From assembly GCA_947478955.1 (NCBI GenBank), contig CANJXJ010000001.1, forward strand, positions 1 through 51,745: DNA of 51,745 nucleotides, written 5' to 3'. Made by a program: the position numbers and the translations under genes. Shown here in pieces: positions 9,608 through 22,138 of the stretch. Every line of letters starts with the position of its first letter. Position 1 is the stretch's first letter. A model generated the notes under the pieces. The model worked only from the letters and a program-made list of their open reading frames with translations, was not told the DNA's origin and made no database searches. The stretch is from Alphaproteobacteria bacterium (lineage in GTDB: Bacteria; Pseudomonadota; Alphaproteobacteria; Paracaedibacterales; CAITNM01).

Positions 9608-10162
9608 ATGTCAATTCATGTAGCTGGCCATCAAATGGATGTTGGTGATAGTTTAAGCACCTTTATCCAAACAGAATTAAAAGCTCTGTTAGACAAGTAC
9701 GTTGGGGAAACACATGAATCACAGGTTCATCTTAGTAAAGACCATCATGAATTTGTAACAGACCTTGCTGTTCACGTGAGTAAAAATCTTGTAGTGCATA
9801 GCAAAGGGCGCGATAGCGATGCTTACAAAAGCTTTAGCGATGCCTTAGCAAAACTGGAAACTCGCGTAAAAAAATATCGTTCCAGATTACGTGACCGCAA
9901 GCGCCATGATGCAGTTGGTGTTTCAGCAAATTACTTTGTGGTTAACCATGCAGCAGAAGATAGCGGAGCAGATACCCCTGTTGTGGTTGCTGAAATGACC
10001 CATGACATTCACCACCTGACTGTCAGCGAAGCGGTAATGAAGCTGGATTTAGCTGATTCACCGGTTGTGATGTTTAGAAATGCTGGCAATGATCAATTAA
10101 ACGTTGTCTACCGCCGTAAAGACGGAAACGTTGGTTGGATTGATCCAAGCAAACATGTTTAG
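9608..10162 (+). CDS. hpf: Ribosome hibernation promoting factor (long form)
   Basis: MSIHVAGHQMDVGDSL start and C-terminal LTVSEAVMKLDL...NVVYRRKDGNVGWIDP. Confidence 0.93.
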   Translation: MSIHVAGHQMDVGDSLSTFIQTELKALLDKYVGETHESQVHLSKDHHEFVTDLAVHVSKNLVVHSKGRDSDAYKSFSDALAKLETRVKKYRSRLRDRKRHDAVGVSANYFVVNHAAEDSGADTPVVVAEMTHDIHHLTVSEAVMKLDLADSPVVMFRNAGNDQLNVVYRRKDGNVGWIDPSKHV

Positions 10163-10171
10163 TAAATGCGT

Positions 10172-10207
10172 ATCGCTAATAACCGGAGTTAATCGGTTGT
10201 TAGCGAT
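10172..10207 (+). terminator. Stem-loop after hpf
   Basis: ATCGCTAATAACCG / CGGTTGTTAGCGAT, a 14-bp stem with one wobble. No clear U-tract. Confidence 0.55.
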
Positions 10208-10256
10208 GTGATCTAAAACTACTTTCCGGCCTTAACATTATTTTTCGCCGCGGCGC

Positions 10257-10285
10257 TTGAAATTTTAAATTTTGCGCTATATACC
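10257..10285 (+). promoter_or_regulatory. Putative sigma70-type promoter of the fliD-like gene
   Basis: TTGAAA followed by GCTATATACC at suitable spacing. Confidence 0.35.
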
Positions 10286-10308
10286 TACGTAACCAAATAA
10301 TAGGAAGC

Positions 10309-11121
10309 ATGGTTATGAACGTAGGAGTAAACGGTTCTATCCTTGGCAAGGCTCAGCTTGCTAAGAGTATTGATATAAATGCAATCCTCGAATCGTTAGT
10401 ACAAAACAGTTCTTACTCACACAAAATAGCAACTGATAAAGCTACTCAAATCACAAATACTACAAAAATCACTGCATTCTCAAATTTAAAAACTGACGTT
10501 ATAGCTGTAAAGACCTCGCTAAATGCCCTAGCTGATGCCGTTACTACGCAAGAAAGGAAGGATAAGCTTAATGCCTTTGTAAATGCTTATAACAAGGTTG
10601 TGGGAGATATTAAAACTGGAGATGCATATAATGTAGAAACCAGATTGGCAGGGCCTTTAATGGGGAGTAGGGAAGTAAGAATCCTTCACGATGCACTTAG
10701 CAGAGCTAAAAACACTTCAATAGATGCTAACTCCTTAACCAATATGGGTGTTTCAGTTGGGGCGAATGGGTTGCTTACTGTTGACTCAAATAAAGTGGAC
10801 GATGCTCTGACTAATCATCTTTCTAGCTTTACCACTTTGTTGGGGGAGGCTCGAGTAGGAAATGCGGCCGGTACAGGTCTTGTTGGTGCTTTTAATACAG
10901 TTGTTAATAGTGCAACAAACGTAGCATCGGGTTTTTTGACAAGTCATATAGAAGGGTTAGATAGACAGAACGTACTCCTAGGTACCGATATTAGCAACCA
11001 ACAACGTCATCTAGACCAGTATACAAAACAGCAACTCACAAAACTCGTTTATATGGAAAATAGCGTTTCTAAATCTAATTTCGATCAACAGTTGTTGGAG
11101 CACATGTTTTCAAAAATATAA
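10309..11121 (+). CDS. fliD: Short flagellar filament cap (FliD/HAP2)-like protein
   Basis: IDINAILESLV (FliD N-terminus), FVNAYNKVV, GPLMG, LTNMGVS...NGLLTVDSNKVDDAL, and a C-terminal coiled coil. Confidence 0.75.
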   Translation: MVMNVGVNGSILGKAQLAKSIDINAILESLVQNSSYSHKIATDKATQITNTTKITAFSNLKTDVIAVKTSLNALADAVTTQERKDKLNAFVNAYNKVVGDIKTGDAYNVETRLAGPLMGSREVRILHDALSRAKNTSIDANSLTNMGVSVGANGLLTVDSNKVDDALTNHLSSFTTLLGEARVGNAAGTGLVGAFNTVVNSATNVASGFLTSHIEGLDRQNVLLGTDISNQQRHLDQYTKQQLTKLVYMENSVSKSNFDQQLLEHMFSKI

Positions 11122-11149
11122 TAAACACACAGCAAAGCGTTCTTGGCTT

Positions 11150-12358
11150 CTATCTTTGTGCTTTTGAATCAATCGCAGGGCGTAGCAAAATTAAAAGTAT
11201 TAAAGCAAACAGGGCAATTATGCCACTGCCCATAAACGTTACAAATTGGTCGTACCGATCTGCAAGGGAGCCGCCAATAAAGCCAGCCAGTAACAAGCCA
11301 ATAGAGTTAATGAGATAGTAAAAACCAATACCTGTTCCGCGTAAATCTTCGGGAATTTGATCGGCAATAATGCATAAGAACATGTCTTGGCTCATACCAA
11401 TTTGAATACCCCACAAAGCTACCCCTATAAGCATAACGGGTAGGCTACTGGAAAATCCTAAAAAGGCATCAGCGACAATAAGTATCACAAAGCTTAACGC
11501 TAAAAATCCATAGCGCCCTAGACGATCTGAAAGTAACCCCACGGGATATGAAAAAAGGGAATTTGTGCAATTATACAAAATGAGAATGCCATGCGCAAAA
11601 CTAGGATCCATACCAAAACTATGGGTGGCATGGAGCACAAGCATAGACTCTCCAATGCGTGAGCTCATAAACACCATAGCAACAATCATTAACAACCAAT
11701 AAGGCTTGCCTAAACGTGCTAAATCTTTAAGGTGTAATGGATGCCGGATAGGCTTTTTATCAGCAGTGACTTCTTTTTCATGAGGGTCATTAACAAAAAT
11801 TAGTAGTAAGAAAAACCCAATGGACGCAGGGATACTTGCCCACATAAAGACTTGTTGAATATTTTGATTGGCCAAAAACATGGCGACAATGCCCAATATA
11901 CCCCCAATGAATGAACCTGCGGTTGCCATGGCATTACGCAGCCCAAAGCACGCCCCTTTTGCTCCTTCAGGGGATAAATCACCCACCAAGGCATCTCGAG
12001 GGGTTGATTGCATGCCATTTCCTAAGCGATCAAACAGTCTAGCAATAATCACCATGGGTACAGTTGCGAACAACGCAAAGAGAGGGCGTGATATGGTCAC
12101 CATGGCAAATCCAATCACCATTACCTTTTTTGGGCGGCGCAGATAATCACTGATGAGGCCGGAAAGAAGTTTCATGACAAAGGCCATTGCCTCAAAAAAA
12201 CCTTCAAGCATAACAATAAAGCCAGTGCCCGCACCAAGAATTTGTTTTAGATACAATGCGACAACACCAAAAACCATAACGGTAGAGATGTTAAGTAGCA
12301 TACTGGCAAAGCCAATAGCCCAGATAGAAACAGGAATTTTAGACTTTGTAATATTCAT
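11150..12358 (-). CDS. MFS transporter
   Basis: About 12 TM segments. MFS motif A twice (GLISDYLRRPK, GLLSDRLGR), plus DRLGNG...PRDAL. Confidence 0.92.
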   Translation of the reverse strand: MNITKSKIPVSIWAIGFASMLLNISTVMVFGVVALYLKQILGAGTGFIVMLEGFFEAMAFVMKLLSGLISDYLRRPKKVMVIGFAMVTISRPLFALFATVPMVIIARLFDRLGNGMQSTPRDALVGDLSPEGAKGACFGLRNAMATAGSFIGGILGIVAMFLANQNIQQVFMWASIPASIGFFLLLIFVNDPHEKEVTADKKPIRHPLHLKDLARLGKPYWLLMIVAMVFMSSRIGESMLVLHATHSFGMDPSFAHGILILYNCTNSLFSYPVGLLSDRLGRYGFLALSFVILIVADAFLGFSSSLPVMLIGVALWGIQIGMSQDMFLCIIADQIPEDLRGTGIGFYYLINSIGLLLAGFIGGSLADRYDQFVTFMGSGIIALFALILLILLRPAIDSKAQR

Positions 12359-12399
12359 AAAACCAAACAGTAAAATGAAAGATTAAACTACCAACTGGA

Positions 12400-12436
12400 A
12401 AATAAAAAAACAAGCGTAAAGCTTGCTTTTTTATTT
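12400..12436 (-). terminator. Intrinsic terminator after rpoC
   Basis: AAATAAAAAAACAAGC-GTAAA-GCTTGCTTTTTTATTT, with A/T tracts on both sides. Confidence 0.65.
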
Positions 12437-12452
12437 AATTTAGTACATCCGC

Positions 12453-15400
12453 CTAAGCGACAGACTGCTCTTGTTCTTTTTCTTTAGGTGCAGCCTGAGC
12501 AAGTAGAACTTTATCGCGATTTTGAGCTGTTGCCTTCATACGACGCATCGCACTTCCGGTACCAGCTGGAATCAATCGGCCCACAATCACATTTTCCTTC
12601 AGGCCAGCCAACCCATCAAGCTTTCCAGAAACAGATGCCTCGGTTAATACGCGAGTTGTTTCTTGGAATGATGCCGCTGAAATGAATGATTTCGTATGCA
12701 GTGACGCCTTTGTAATACCCTGAAGGACAGGTTGCCCAGTCGCTGGACGCTTGCCTTCTTTTATAAGGGTATTATTTGTCAGGTCAAAGATAACGCGATC
12801 AACATGGTCGCCGACAATGAAATGGGTATCTCCAGCATCATAGACTTCAGTTTTTTGAAGCATTTGACGTACGATAACTTCGATGTGCTTATCGTTAATC
12901 GCAATACCTTGCAAACGGTAAACCTGTTGAATTTCACTGACCAAGTATACAGCCAAAGCTTCAACGCCCATTACACGCAAGATGTCATGAGGCACAGGGT
13001 TTCCTTCAACAATAAGGTCACCTTTTCTGACATAATCGCCTTCTTGAATAACAATGTGTCGACCACGTGGAACTAAGTATTCCGCTGGTTGTAGGCTATC
13101 ATTTTCAGGAATAACAACAATGCGACGCTTTGCCTTGTAGTCTTTACCAAATTCAATTTTTCCATCGAATTCAGCAATGATTGCAGCATCTTTTGGATGA
13201 CGTGCTTCAAATAACTCAGATACCCTTGGCAAACCACCCGTAATGTCACGAGTTTTTGATGTTTCACGAGGAATACGCGCAATAACTTCACCAGCTGGGA
13301 CTTTAGAATTATTTTCAACAGAAATAATTGCATCAATTGGTAAGAAGTATCGCGCTTCAAGACCGTTCGACAATTTGATTGGATTCCCTTTTGCGTCGCG
13401 CATGCTAATCATGGGGCGAAGCTCAGCACTAACCCTTGAAGATTTCGCATCAATAACGGCACGGCTTGAAATACCTGTAGACTCGTCGATGACTTCGCGC
13501 ATTGTAACGCCTTCTTGTAAGTCAACGAAATGAGCAATACCTTCTTTTTCTGTTATTACAGGAATTGTATAAGCATCCCATTCAGCAATTTTTTGTCCTT
13601 GTTTAATGGTTTCGCCTTCTTTTACCAAAAGCTTCGCACCATATTGGATGCGATAATGAACACGCTCACGATTTTGATCGTCAAGAACGATGACCTCACC
13701 GTTACGAGATAGTACAACAGTTTGACCTGATGCATTATCAATCGCGTTAATGTTTTTGTATTTAATTTTACCTGGCATTGAGCTTTCGGTGCTTGATTGC
13801 TCAGCACTTCGTTGTGCAGCACCACCCATGTGGAACGTACGCATCGTAAGCTGAGTACCCGGCTCACCAATTGACTGAGCAGCAATAACACCAACCGCTT
13901 CACCAACGTTAACAGCCGTACCACGTGCTAAGTCACGTCCATAGCATTTAGCACAAATAGCTGTTTCCATTTCGCAAGTTAATACTGAACGAATCTTCAC
14001 TTCATGGATGCTAGCGTCACTAATAAGTTCAACTGTATCTTCAAGAATCATTTCTCCAGCAGGAACAATAATCTTACCAGTTAATGGATGAACAATGTCT
14101 TCCGAAGCTGTGCGTCCTAAAATACGGTCTGTTAACGGAACAACAGTATTTGCCCCTTCAACAACTGATCGCATATGAATACCTTGAATAGTACCGCAAT
14201 CATCAGCAACGATAATGCAATCTTGCGCAACGTCAACCAAACGACGGGTTAGGTAACCAGAGTTAGCTGTTTTTAATGCCGTATCTGAAAGTCCTTTACG
14301 CGCACCATGGGTTGAAATGAAGTATTCAAGAACGTGCAATCCTTCTTTAAAGTTTGAAATGATCGGCGTTTCCATAATGTCACCGGATGGCCGTGTCATC
14401 AAACCACGCATACCCGCCATCTGACGCATCTGCGTAACCGAACCACGTGCCTTTGAGTGAATCATCATGTAAACCGCATTAAATGGTTCTCCAGGGCGAT
14501 TTTTAGACATTGCTTGTAACATGGCGTCACCGACTTTATCGGTACATCTGCCCCAAGCGTCCACAACTTTGTTGTATTTTTCACCTTGAGTAATTAGACC
14601 ATCTAGGTACTGTTGCTCATATTCTGCAACCGCAGATTTTGTTTGAGTAATCAATACTTCTTTTTCTTTTGGAACAATCAAGTCGTCCTTACCAAAGGAA
14701 ACACCGCTCTTAGTCATATAGTGGAAACCTAACGACATAATACGATCCACAAAGATAACGGTTTCTTTTTGGCCGCAGTGACGATATACCATATCGACGA
14801 GCGAGCTGATTTCATTTGAAGTCATTACTTGGTTAATTAGCTCATAAGGCATTTTGAAATGCTTTGGCAAATAATTGCCAAGGAACATACGGCCAGGCGT
14901 TGTATCTACCCGTTGATATGTAACACTTCCATCTTCATGATAAACTGGCACACGTGCTTTTATTTTTGAATGAATATGTAAGTAGTCTTGTGATAAAGCA
15001 TGCTCAACTTCAGCGATATCTGAAATAAGGCCGCCTTCACCAGGCATACCATCTGCCATCAAGCTTAGGTAGTAAATTCCAAGCACAATATCTTTTGAAG
15101 GGACAATAATTGGGCGTCCGCTAGAGGGGCTGAGGATGTTGTTTGTTGACATCATCAGCACACGCGCTTCAAGCTGTGCTTCTAAAGATAATGGTATATG
15201 TACTGCCATTTGGTCTCCGTCGAAGTCAGCGTTAAAGGCTGTACAAACAAGCGGATGCAACTGGATAGCTTTACCTTCAATAAGCACAGGCTCAAATGCC
15301 TGAATACCTAATCTGTGAAGAGTTGGTGCGCGGTTTAGCAATACGGGATGCTCGCGAATAACATCTTCAAGGACGTCCCAAACTTCAGGGCGCTCTTTTT

Positions 15401-16610
15401 CAACCATTCTTTTAGCAGCTTTTAAAGTGCTGGCCAGGCCATAGCGTTCTAGTCGCGCATAAATAAAGGGACGGAATAATTCCAATGCCATCTTTTTTGG
15501 AAGACCACATTGATGCAATTTTAATTCAGGACCAACAACGATTACTGAACGTCCAGAATAGTCAACACGTTTACCAAGAAGGTTTTGACGGAAACGACCC
15601 TGTTTACCTTTAAGCATATCTGCCAATGATTTTAGCGGACGCTTATTTGTACCAGTAATTGCGCGACCACGACGGCCATTATCAAATAGTGCATCAACTG
15701 ATTCTTGAAGCATACGCTTTTCATTACGAATAATGATTTCAGGTGCACGAAGTTCAATAAGTCTCTTTAGACGATTGTTTCTATTGATGACACGACGATA
15801 TAAGTCATTCAAATCTGACGTCGCAAAACGTCCCCCATCAAGTGGAACCAATGGACGTAGCTCTGGTGGAATGACAGGAATAACTTCCATGACCAAACAT
15901 TCAGGCGGCGTATTTGACTCAAGGAATGCCTCAAGGAGTTTTAAACGCTTTAGAATTTTTTTACGACGAATTTCAGATGAACTTTCTGAAAGTTCAATAC
16001 GAAGTCTTTCACTTTCTTTCTTTGGCTCAATTTTGCGCAGCATTTCACGCAAAGCTTCAGCACCAATACCAGCACGGAAGGCTTCCTCGCCGTACTCGTC
16101 TTGTGTATGCATGAATTCTTCTTCGGTCAGCAACTGCCCATAGGACATTGATGTCATGCCAGGATCAAGTACAACGTAACTTTCAAAATACAGAATTTTT
16201 TCAAGGTCTTTTAAGGCCAAATCAAGCAGCATTCCTGCACGGCTTGGTAGAGATTTTGTAAACCAAATATGCGCAACAGGAGCAGCTAATTCAATATGCC
16301 CCATGCGGTCACGACGAACTTTGCTTAAGGTTACTTCAACGCCACACTTTTCACAGATTACACCGCGATACTTCATGCGCTTGTATTTTCCGCATAAACA
16401 TTCATAGTCTTTTACTGGACCAAAAATACGTGCGCAAAATAGTCCATCACGTTCTGGCTTAAATGTACGATAATTAATCGTTTCGGGCTTTTTTACTTCC
16501 CCGTATGACCAAGAACGAATACGTTCTGCTGTTGCAATAGTAATACGAATTGCATCAAAATCTGGAAGAACATCCATTGCGTTGAAGCTTCGTTTAATCT
16601 CTCGGTTCAT
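12453..16610 (-). CDS. rpoC: RNA polymerase beta' subunit
   Basis: [12 protein letters not shown] active site and zinc finger CLCGK...CEKC. Confidence 0.99.
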   Translation of the reverse strand: MNREIKRSFNAMDVLPDFDAIRITIATAERIRSWSYGEVKKPETINYRTFKPERDGLFCARIFGPVKDYECLCGKYKRMKYRGVICEKCGVEVTLSKVRRDRMGHIELAAPVAHIWFTKSLPSRAGMLLDLALKDLEKILYFESYVVLDPGMTSMSYGQLLTEEEFMHTQDEYGEEAFRAGIGAEALREMLRKIEPKKESERLRIELSESSSEIRRKKILKRLKLLEAFLESNTPPECLVMEVIPVIPPELRPLVPLDGGRFATSDLNDLYRRVINRNNRLKRLIELRAPEIIIRNEKRMLQESVDALFDNGRRGRAITGTNKRPLKSLADMLKGKQGRFRQNLLGKRVDYSGRSVIVVGPELKLHQCGLPKKMALELFRPFIYARLERYGLASTLKAAKRMVEKERPEVWDVLEDVIREHPVLLNRAPTLHRLGIQAFEPVLIEGKAIQLHPLVCTAFNADFDGDQMAVHIPLSLEAQLEARVLMMSTNNILSPSSGRPIIVPSKDIVLGIYYLSLMADGMPGEGGLISDIAEVEHALSQDYLHIHSKIKARVPVYHEDGSVTYQRVDTTPGRMFLGNYLPKHFKMPYELINQVMTSNEISSLVDMVYRHCGQKETVIFVDRIMSLGFHYMTKSGVSFGKDDLIVPKEKEVLITQTKSAVAEYEQQYLDGLITQGEKYNKVVDAWGRCTDKVGDAMLQAMSKNRPGEPFNAVYMMIHSKARGSVTQMRQMAGMRGLMTRPSGDIMETPIISNFKEGLHVLEYFISTHGARKGLSDTALKTANSGYLTRRLVDVAQDCIIVADDCGTIQGIHMRSVVEGANTVVPLTDRILGRTASEDIVHPLTGKIIVPAGEMILEDTVELISDASIHEVKIRSVLTCEMETAICAKCYGRDLARGTAVNVGEAVGVIAAQSIGEPGTQLTMRTFHMGGAAQRSAEQSSTESSMPGKIKYKNINAIDNASGQTVVLSRNGEVIVLDDQNRERVHYRIQYGAKLLVKEGETIKQGQKIAEWDAYTIPVITEKEGIAHFVDLQEGVTMREVIDESTGISSRAVIDAKSSRVSAELRPMISMRDAKGNPIKLSNGLEARYFLPIDAIISVENNSKVPAGEVIARIPRETSKTRDITGGLPRVSELFEARHPKDAAIIAEFDGKIEFGKDYKAKRRIVVIPENDSLQPAEYLVPRGRHIVIQEGDYVRKGDLIVEGNPVPHDILRVMGVEALAVYLVSEIQQVYRLQGIAINDKHIEVIVRQMLQKTEVYDAGDTHFIVGDHVDRVIFDLTNNTLIKEGKRPATGQPVLQGITKASLHTKSFISAASFQETTRVLTEASVSGKLDGLAGLKENVIVGRLIPAGTGSAMRRMKATAQNRDKVLLAQAAPKEKEQEQSVA

Positions 16611-16653
16611 GCCGTACTCCCGAACAAAATGTCAAAAATTAGATTTAGTAAAA

Positions 16654-16677
16654 TGTGGAGAGCCTAGGCTCTCCACA
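16654..16677. repeat. Perfect 24-bp palindrome between rpoB and rpoC
   Basis: TGTGGAGAGCCTAGGCTCTCCACA, followed by TTTT on the coding (minus) strand. Confidence 0.85.
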
Positions 16678-16682
16678 CCAAG

Positions 16683-19600
16683 TTATTCAAACTGCTCAAA
16701 TGCCACATTGAGGCCAAGTGAACGAAGCTCTTTTACAAGAACGTTAAAGGACTCTGGAATGCCTGTTTCCATGTTGTCATCTCCACGAACAATGGCTTCA
16801 TATACCTTCATACGACCAACAACGTCGTCTGATTTTACGGTCAGCATTTCTTGCAGAGTATAAGCAGCACCATAAGCTTCAAGAGCCCAGACTTCCATTT
16901 CTCCAAAACGTTGGCCTCCAAACTGCGCTTTACCGCCGAGTGGCTGCTGCGTAACAAGACTGTATGGACCAATAGAACGTGCGTGAATCTTATCATCAAC
17001 CAAGTGATGGAGTTTCAACATATAAATGTATCCGACTGTAACCTTACGATCAAAAGGCTCACCCGTTCTACCATCAAATAGGTCAACCTGACCAAACGTT
17101 GGTTGGTTGGCGTAGATTAAAGCATTATTTATTTCTTCATGGGTTGCACCATCGAATACAGGAGATGCGATTGGAACACCCTTTCGAAGATTCCCTGCCA
17201 TTTCCATAAGCTGGTCATCATCTAATAACTTAATATCTTTCTGATCTTTTTTATCAGTATAAATATCTAATAACTTGGCGCGAATATCCTTAACCGCAAG
17301 TTCATTGTCATGATATTTTACAATCATGTCGTTAATTTGGCGTCCCATACCAGCAACCGCACCACCTAAATGGGTCTCGAGAATTTGTCCCACGTTCATA
17401 CGTGAAGGCAAACCAAGTGGGTTCAAGATAATATCGACCGGTGTTCCATCTTCAAGGTGTGGCATGTCTTCCATTGGAACAACTTTTGACACAACACCTT
17501 TGTTACCATGGCGACCCGCCATCTTATCACCTGGCTGAAGCTTACGCTTTACAGCAATAAAGACTTTTACTGATTTCAAAACCCCCGGTGGCAATTCATC
17601 ACCACGGCGTAATTTTTCAACCCTATCTTCGAATGTCGCTTGAAGTCTAGCGCATGAACCGTCAAATTCGGTTTTCATGTCTTCTATTTCTTCCATCACT
17701 TTTTCATCAGAAACAATAATTTTCTTTTGCTCAGCTGGATGAAGCTCTGCAAGCATTTCAGCGGTAATTTCTTTGCCTTTGGTTAAGCCTTTAGGACCAG
17801 ATGAGAATTTATTGCCAATCAGTAGTTCTCTTAACCGGCTTGAGAAGCTACGCTCCAAAATTGCACGTTCCGCTTCACGGTCTTTTGCAAGGCGGTCAAT
17901 TTCTTGACGCTCCAACGCAATAGAACGCTCATCCCGTTCAATACCACGACGAGAGAAAATACGTACCTCAACAACTGTACCAGAAACTCCTGGTGGGACA
18001 CGCAATGAGCTATCACGCACATCAGACGCTTTTTCACCAAAAATAGCGCGTAAAAGTTTTTCTTCAGGAGTAGAAGGCGCTTCACCCTTAGGGGTAACCT
18101 TACCAACTAAAATATCTCCTGGATTAACTTCTGCACCAACATAAACGATACCAGCTTCGTCCAAATTACGCAGGCCTTCTTCCCCAACGTTTGGAATATC
18201 GCGGGTAATATCTTCATTACCAAGCTTCGTATCGCGAGCCATTAATTCAAATTCTTCAATATGAATTGATGTAAAGACATCGTCTTGAACGATACGTTCA
18301 GAAATAACAATTGAGTCCTCAAAGTTATAACCTTGCCAAGACATAAACGAAACGAGAACGTTACGGCCTAATGCTAATTCCCCAAGCTCAGTTGCTGGGC
18401 CATCGGCAATAATATCACCACGTTTTACTACATCCCCCTTTTTAACAAGAGGACGTTGGTTAATACAGGTGCTCATGTTGGAGCGTTGGAATTTCAATAG
18501 ATTGAAAATATCAACACCAGATTTGTTATCACTGTCTTTTTCGGTAACGCGAATCACAATACGTTTACCGTCGACTTGATCAACTACACCATCACGTTTT
18601 GCTGTAATAACAGCGCCTGAATCTTTTGCAACAATGGCTTCCATACCAGTTCCAACCAATGGAGCTTCTGCTCTTAGAAGAGGAACAGCCTGACGTTGCA
18701 TGTTTGACCCCATTAACGCACGGTTCGCATCGTCATTTTCCAAGAAAGGAATTAAGGACGCCGCAACAGAAACAAGCTGTTTGGGTGAAACGTCAATATA
18801 ATCCACGTTTGTACGAGGGAAAATTCCTGTGTCGCCTGTTTTACGGCAGGTTACAAATTCTTCAACAATGTTGCCATCTTCGTCAATTTCAACACTGGCT
18901 TGACCGATAATATAACGGCTTTCTTCCAATGCATTCATGTAGACAACTTCATCAGTTACCTTACCATCACGAATTTTACGGTATGGACTTTCAATAAATC
19001 CGTACTTATTTACGCGAGCGTAAGTTGCCAATGAGTTAATCAATCCAATGTTTTGACCTTCAGGTGTTTCAATCGGACAAATACGACCATAGTGGGTTGG
19101 GTGAACGTCACGAACTTCGAAGCTTGCGCGATCACGAGATAAACCGCCAGGTCCTAATGCTGACAGACGACGCTTGTGCGTAATTTCAGAAAGAGGATTG
19201 GTCTGGTCCATAAATTGAGATAGTTGTGAGGATCCGAAGAATTCACGAATTGCCGCGGCAACTGGCTTGGCATTCACTAAGTCATTTGGCATAACTGTAT
19301 CAATATCAACTGATCCCATGCGCTCACGAATGGATCGCTCCATACGAACCAAGCCAACGCGGAACTGATTTTCTAATAATTCACCAACAGAACGTACGCG
19401 TCGGTTTGCAAGGTTATCGATGTCATCGATTTCACCTTTGCCATCGCGTAACTCTAGCAATGTGCGAACCATGGAAACAATGTCGGCTTTATTGAGAACT
19501 CTCACGTCATCGGGCGTATCCAATCCCAAACGTGCATTCATTTTAACGCGGCCAACTGCGGATAAATCATAACGTTCAGCATCGAAGAATAATGCCCTAA

Positions 19601-20852
19601 ATAGTGCTTCGCCACCTTCTACGGTTGGTGGTTCACCTGGGCGCAAAGCGCGATAAATATCCATCAACGCTTCATCACGATTTTGGTTTTTATCGGTTTG
19701 CAATGTGTTAAGCAAATACGCACCGATGTTAACATGGTCTATGTTTAACAAATCGAATGATTTAACTTTTTGCTCATTCAAAATTTCCATTGTGTCAGCA
19801 GAAAGTAAATCGCCTGCTTCAATGTAGACTTCGCCTGTTTCAACATTAATGTAATCGTTAGCTAAATAGCTGCCATATAAATTTTCATCGGAAAAAGCAA
19901 TTTGCTTAAGGCCCTCAGTCTCTAATTTTTTTGCAAGACGTGGAGTAATTTTTGTATTAGCTTCAACCGCTACTTCACCGGTTTCAGCGTTGATAATATC
20001 ATGGGTTGGCTTAGCACCCTTCCAACGATCAGAAACATACTCAGTAACCCAAAGTTTTTTATTTCTTGTATAGGTCACTCTTTCATAAAAGGTATGAATG
20101 ATCTCTTCACGAGACATGCCCATAAGATCTTTTGGATCTAAATCTTTTTTAGCCTTTTTAGCTTTTTCTTTTTCTTGTTCTGTGTAAGCACTATCAAGTG
20201 CCATTAACAAAGTTGTAACAGGAAGTTTGCGACGACGATCTACACGAACGCATATTTGGTCTTTTGGATCAAATTCGAAATCGAGCCAAGAACCACGGTA
20301 TGGTACAATTCGTCCAGCATAAAGGATTTTACCAGATGCATGAGTTTTACCCTTATCGTGGTCAAAAAATACGCCAGGGCTTCTATGCATTTGGGAAACA
20401 ATAACGCGCTCAATACCATTCACGATAAACGTACCGCGATCGGTCATTAAGGGGGTGTCGCCAATATAGACATCTTGTTCTTTAATGTCACGAATCGAGC
20501 GTGAGCCAGAATCACCATCGACATCCCATACAACAAGACGGAATGTAACCTTAAGGGGAGCTGCATACGTTAATCCACGCGTGCGGCACTCTTCCTCGTC
20601 AAATTTTGGCTTTTCAAAGTCATAGTGGAAAAATTCTAAATGGGCTTTCCCGGAATAATCCTTGATAGGAAAAATGGAATTGAAAACCTCTAAAAGCCCT
20701 GTATTGTCACGCTTTTCATGGCGGACATTAAGCTGCAAGAATGCTTCATAAGAATTCTTTTGCAAGGCAATGAGATTTGGTAATGGTGCAACTTCTTGAA
20801 TGCGACCAAAATTTTTACGAAATCGCTTACGACCAGTAAATGAGCGAACCAT
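16683..20852 (-). CDS. rpoB: RNA polymerase beta subunit
   Basis: [30 protein letters not shown] and GGQRFGEME. Confidence 0.99.
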   Translation of the reverse strand: MVRSFTGRKRFRKNFGRIQEVAPLPNLIALQKNSYEAFLQLNVRHEKRDNTGLLEVFNSIFPIKDYSGKAHLEFFHYDFEKPKFDEEECRTRGLTYAAPLKVTFRLVVWDVDGDSGSRSIRDIKEQDVYIGDTPLMTDRGTFIVNGIERVIVSQMHRSPGVFFDHDKGKTHASGKILYAGRIVPYRGSWLDFEFDPKDQICVRVDRRRKLPVTTLLMALDSAYTEQEKEKAKKAKKDLDPKDLMGMSREEIIHTFYERVTYTRNKKLWVTEYVSDRWKGAKPTHDIINAETGEVAVEANTKITPRLAKKLETEGLKQIAFSDENLYGSYLANDYINVETGEVYIEAGDLLSADTMEILNEQKVKSFDLLNIDHVNIGAYLLNTLQTDKNQNRDEALMDIYRALRPGEPPTVEGGEALFRALFFDAERYDLSAVGRVKMNARLGLDTPDDVRVLNKADIVSMVRTLLELRDGKGEIDDIDNLANRRVRSVGELLENQFRVGLVRMERSIRERMGSVDIDTVMPNDLVNAKPVAAAIREFFGSSQLSQFMDQTNPLSEITHKRRLSALGPGGLSRDRASFEVRDVHPTHYGRICPIETPEGQNIGLINSLATYARVNKYGFIESPYRKIRDGKVTDEVVYMNALEESRYIIGQASVEIDEDGNIVEEFVTCRKTGDTGIFPRTNVDYIDVSPKQLVSVAASLIPFLENDDANRALMGSNMQRQAVPLLRAEAPLVGTGMEAIVAKDSGAVITAKRDGVVDQVDGKRIVIRVTEKDSDNKSGVDIFNLLKFQRSNMSTCINQRPLVKKGDVVKRGDIIADGPATELGELALGRNVLVSFMSWQGYNFEDSIVISERIVQDDVFTSIHIEEFELMARDTKLGNEDITRDIPNVGEEGLRNLDEAGIVYVGAEVNPGDILVGKVTPKGEAPSTPEEKLLRAIFGEKASDVRDSSLRVPPGVSGTVVEVRIFSRRGIERDERSIALERQEIDRLAKDREAERAILERSFSSRLRELLIGNKFSSGPKGLTKGKEITAEMLAELHPAEQKKIIVSDEKVMEEIEDMKTEFDGSCARLQATFEDRVEKLRRGDELPPGVLKSVKVFIAVKRKLQPGDKMAGRHGNKGVVSKVVPMEDMPHLEDGTPVDIILNPLGLPSRMNVGQILETHLGGAVAGMGRQINDMIVKYHDNELAVKDIRAKLLDIYTDKKDQKDIKLLDDDQLMEMAGNLRKGVPIASPVFDGATHEEINNALIYANQPTFGQVDLFDGRTGEPFDRKVTVGYIYMLKLHHLVDDKIHARSIGPYSLVTQQPLGGKAQFGGQRFGEMEVWALEAYGAAYTLQEMLTVKSDDVVGRMKVYEAIVRGDDNMETGIPESFNVLVKELRSLGLNVAFEQFE

Positions 20853-21007
20853 GCGCTAAACTCCTACACGATAAAACGGGTGCTAAAAAAAAGACATGCG
20901 AAAATTTTTTGTATAAATCGTTTGAAAATACTATAAAGCGCATACCTAACACAAATAACTTTGTTTTAAATAAAATTTATAAATCAGATAGTCCCAAAGA
21001 CTAGCCT

Positions 21008-21052
21008 AAAAAAATACGCTCAGCAAGCTCCTTCATAGAAACCACTGAGCGT
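21008..21052 (-). terminator. rplL-rpoB attenuator-like terminator
   Basis: ACGCTCAG...CTGAGCGT stem followed by ATTTTTTT on the minus strand, directly after the rplL stop. Confidence 0.6.
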
Positions 21053-21057
21053 CAAGA

Positions 21058-21429
21058 TTATTTTACAGAAACTTTAGCTCCAGCATCTTCTAGCTGCTTC
21101 TTAAGTTTGTCTGCTTCGTCTTTAGAAACACCTTGCTTAACTGGTTTTGGCGCACCTTCAACAAGATCTTTAGCTTCTTTTAAGCCAAGACCAGTGATCG
21201 CACGAACTTCTTTAATTGCATTAATTTTGTTCGCGCCGCCATCTTCAAGAATAACGTCAAATTCAGTTTGGACTTCTGCAGCTTCTGCATTCGCAGCAGC
21301 AGGAGCAGCAACTGCAACAGCAGCTGCGGCACTTACGCCCCAAGTTTCTTCTAGTAATTTTGAAAGCTCTGCAGCTTCTAATACTGTTAATGCTGATAAG
21401 TCATCAACTATTTTTTTTAAGTTAGCCAT
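21058..21429 (-). CDS. rplL: 50S ribosomal protein L7/L12
   Basis: [23 protein letters not shown]. Confidence 0.99.
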   Translation of the reverse strand: MANLKKIVDDLSALTVLEAAELSKLLEETWGVSAAAAVAVAAPAAANAEAAEVQTEFDVILEDGGANKINAIKEVRAITGLGLKEAKDLVEGAPKPVKQGVSKDEADKLKKQLEDAGAKVSVK

Positions 21430-21460
21430 TTATATTCTCCTAATTTTGTCTCGCTATTGA

Positions 21461-21967
21461 TTAACCATTTGATTTTGCTGAGATTACCCTTGCAACTCGA
21501 GCACCAGGCTCTTGAAGCAATATCGCCAACTTTGTAGCTGGCGTACTAATAATCGCAATAAGCTTACTACGCAATTCATCAAGTGATGGCAACGTAGCCA
21601 AAGCTTTTACTTCAGCTTGTTTCAGAACTTGTCCATTAAGGCATGCTCCTACAACTTGGATCTTGTCATTTTTGTTTGCAAATGTGACAAGCGCTTTAGC
21701 TGCAGCAACTGGATCTGCTGAATAGGCCAACGTCGTTGGGCCCACTAGCATTTCTGTTAAACCTTCTAGCTTTGTTCCTTTTACGGCAATCTGAGCAAGG
21801 GTGTTTTTTAAAACCTTAAATTCTGCATTTGCAGCACGCATTTCACGACGCAGTTTTGTTACTTCATCAACGTTTAAACCCGTTTGACGAGCAACAACTA
21901 CTAGAGATGATGCCTCTAGTCGCTGGCGCATATCGGCTACCAATGCTTCCTTTTGCATACGGTCCAT
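21461..21967 (-). CDS. rplJ: 50S ribosomal protein L10
   Basis: KVLKNTLA and LATLPSLDELR; synteny. Confidence 0.98.
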   Translation of the reverse strand: MDRMQKEALVADMRQRLEASSLVVVARQTGLNVDEVTKLRREMRAANAEFKVLKNTLAQIAVKGTKLEGLTEMLVGPTTLAYSADPVAAAKALVTFANKNDKIQVVGACLNGQVLKQAEVKALATLPSLDELRSKLIAIISTPATKLAILLQEPGARVARVISAKSNG

Positions 21968-22022
21968 TGTTATACTCCTTCACTCGTTACTTTATTGAAA
22001 CAGAAAGGGAAGAGCTAATGCG

Positions 22023-22100
22023 CAAGCCCTTGCTGTCTATGCAGGCAGTTTTCACTATTAAACGGTTTCCCGAACCCACAGTCTTGGACAGGATAGGCTC
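22023..22100 (-). promoter_or_regulatory. L10 leader (autoregulatory RNA)
   Basis: Minus strand reads GTCCAAGACTGTGGGT...TTAA...CCTGCATAGACAG between rplA and rplJ. A GAAA-tetraloop hairpin lies at 22110..22132. Confidence 0.75.
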
Positions 22101-22138
22101 CTGTTCCTAATCCCATAGGTTTCCCTATGGGAATACTA

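Noticed and set aside
22110-22132. Hairpin containing GTTTCCCTATGG as a family-B repeat
   Set aside because: It lacks the CTTGA loop and is better explained as a GAAA-tetraloop hairpin of the rplA-rplJ leader region.
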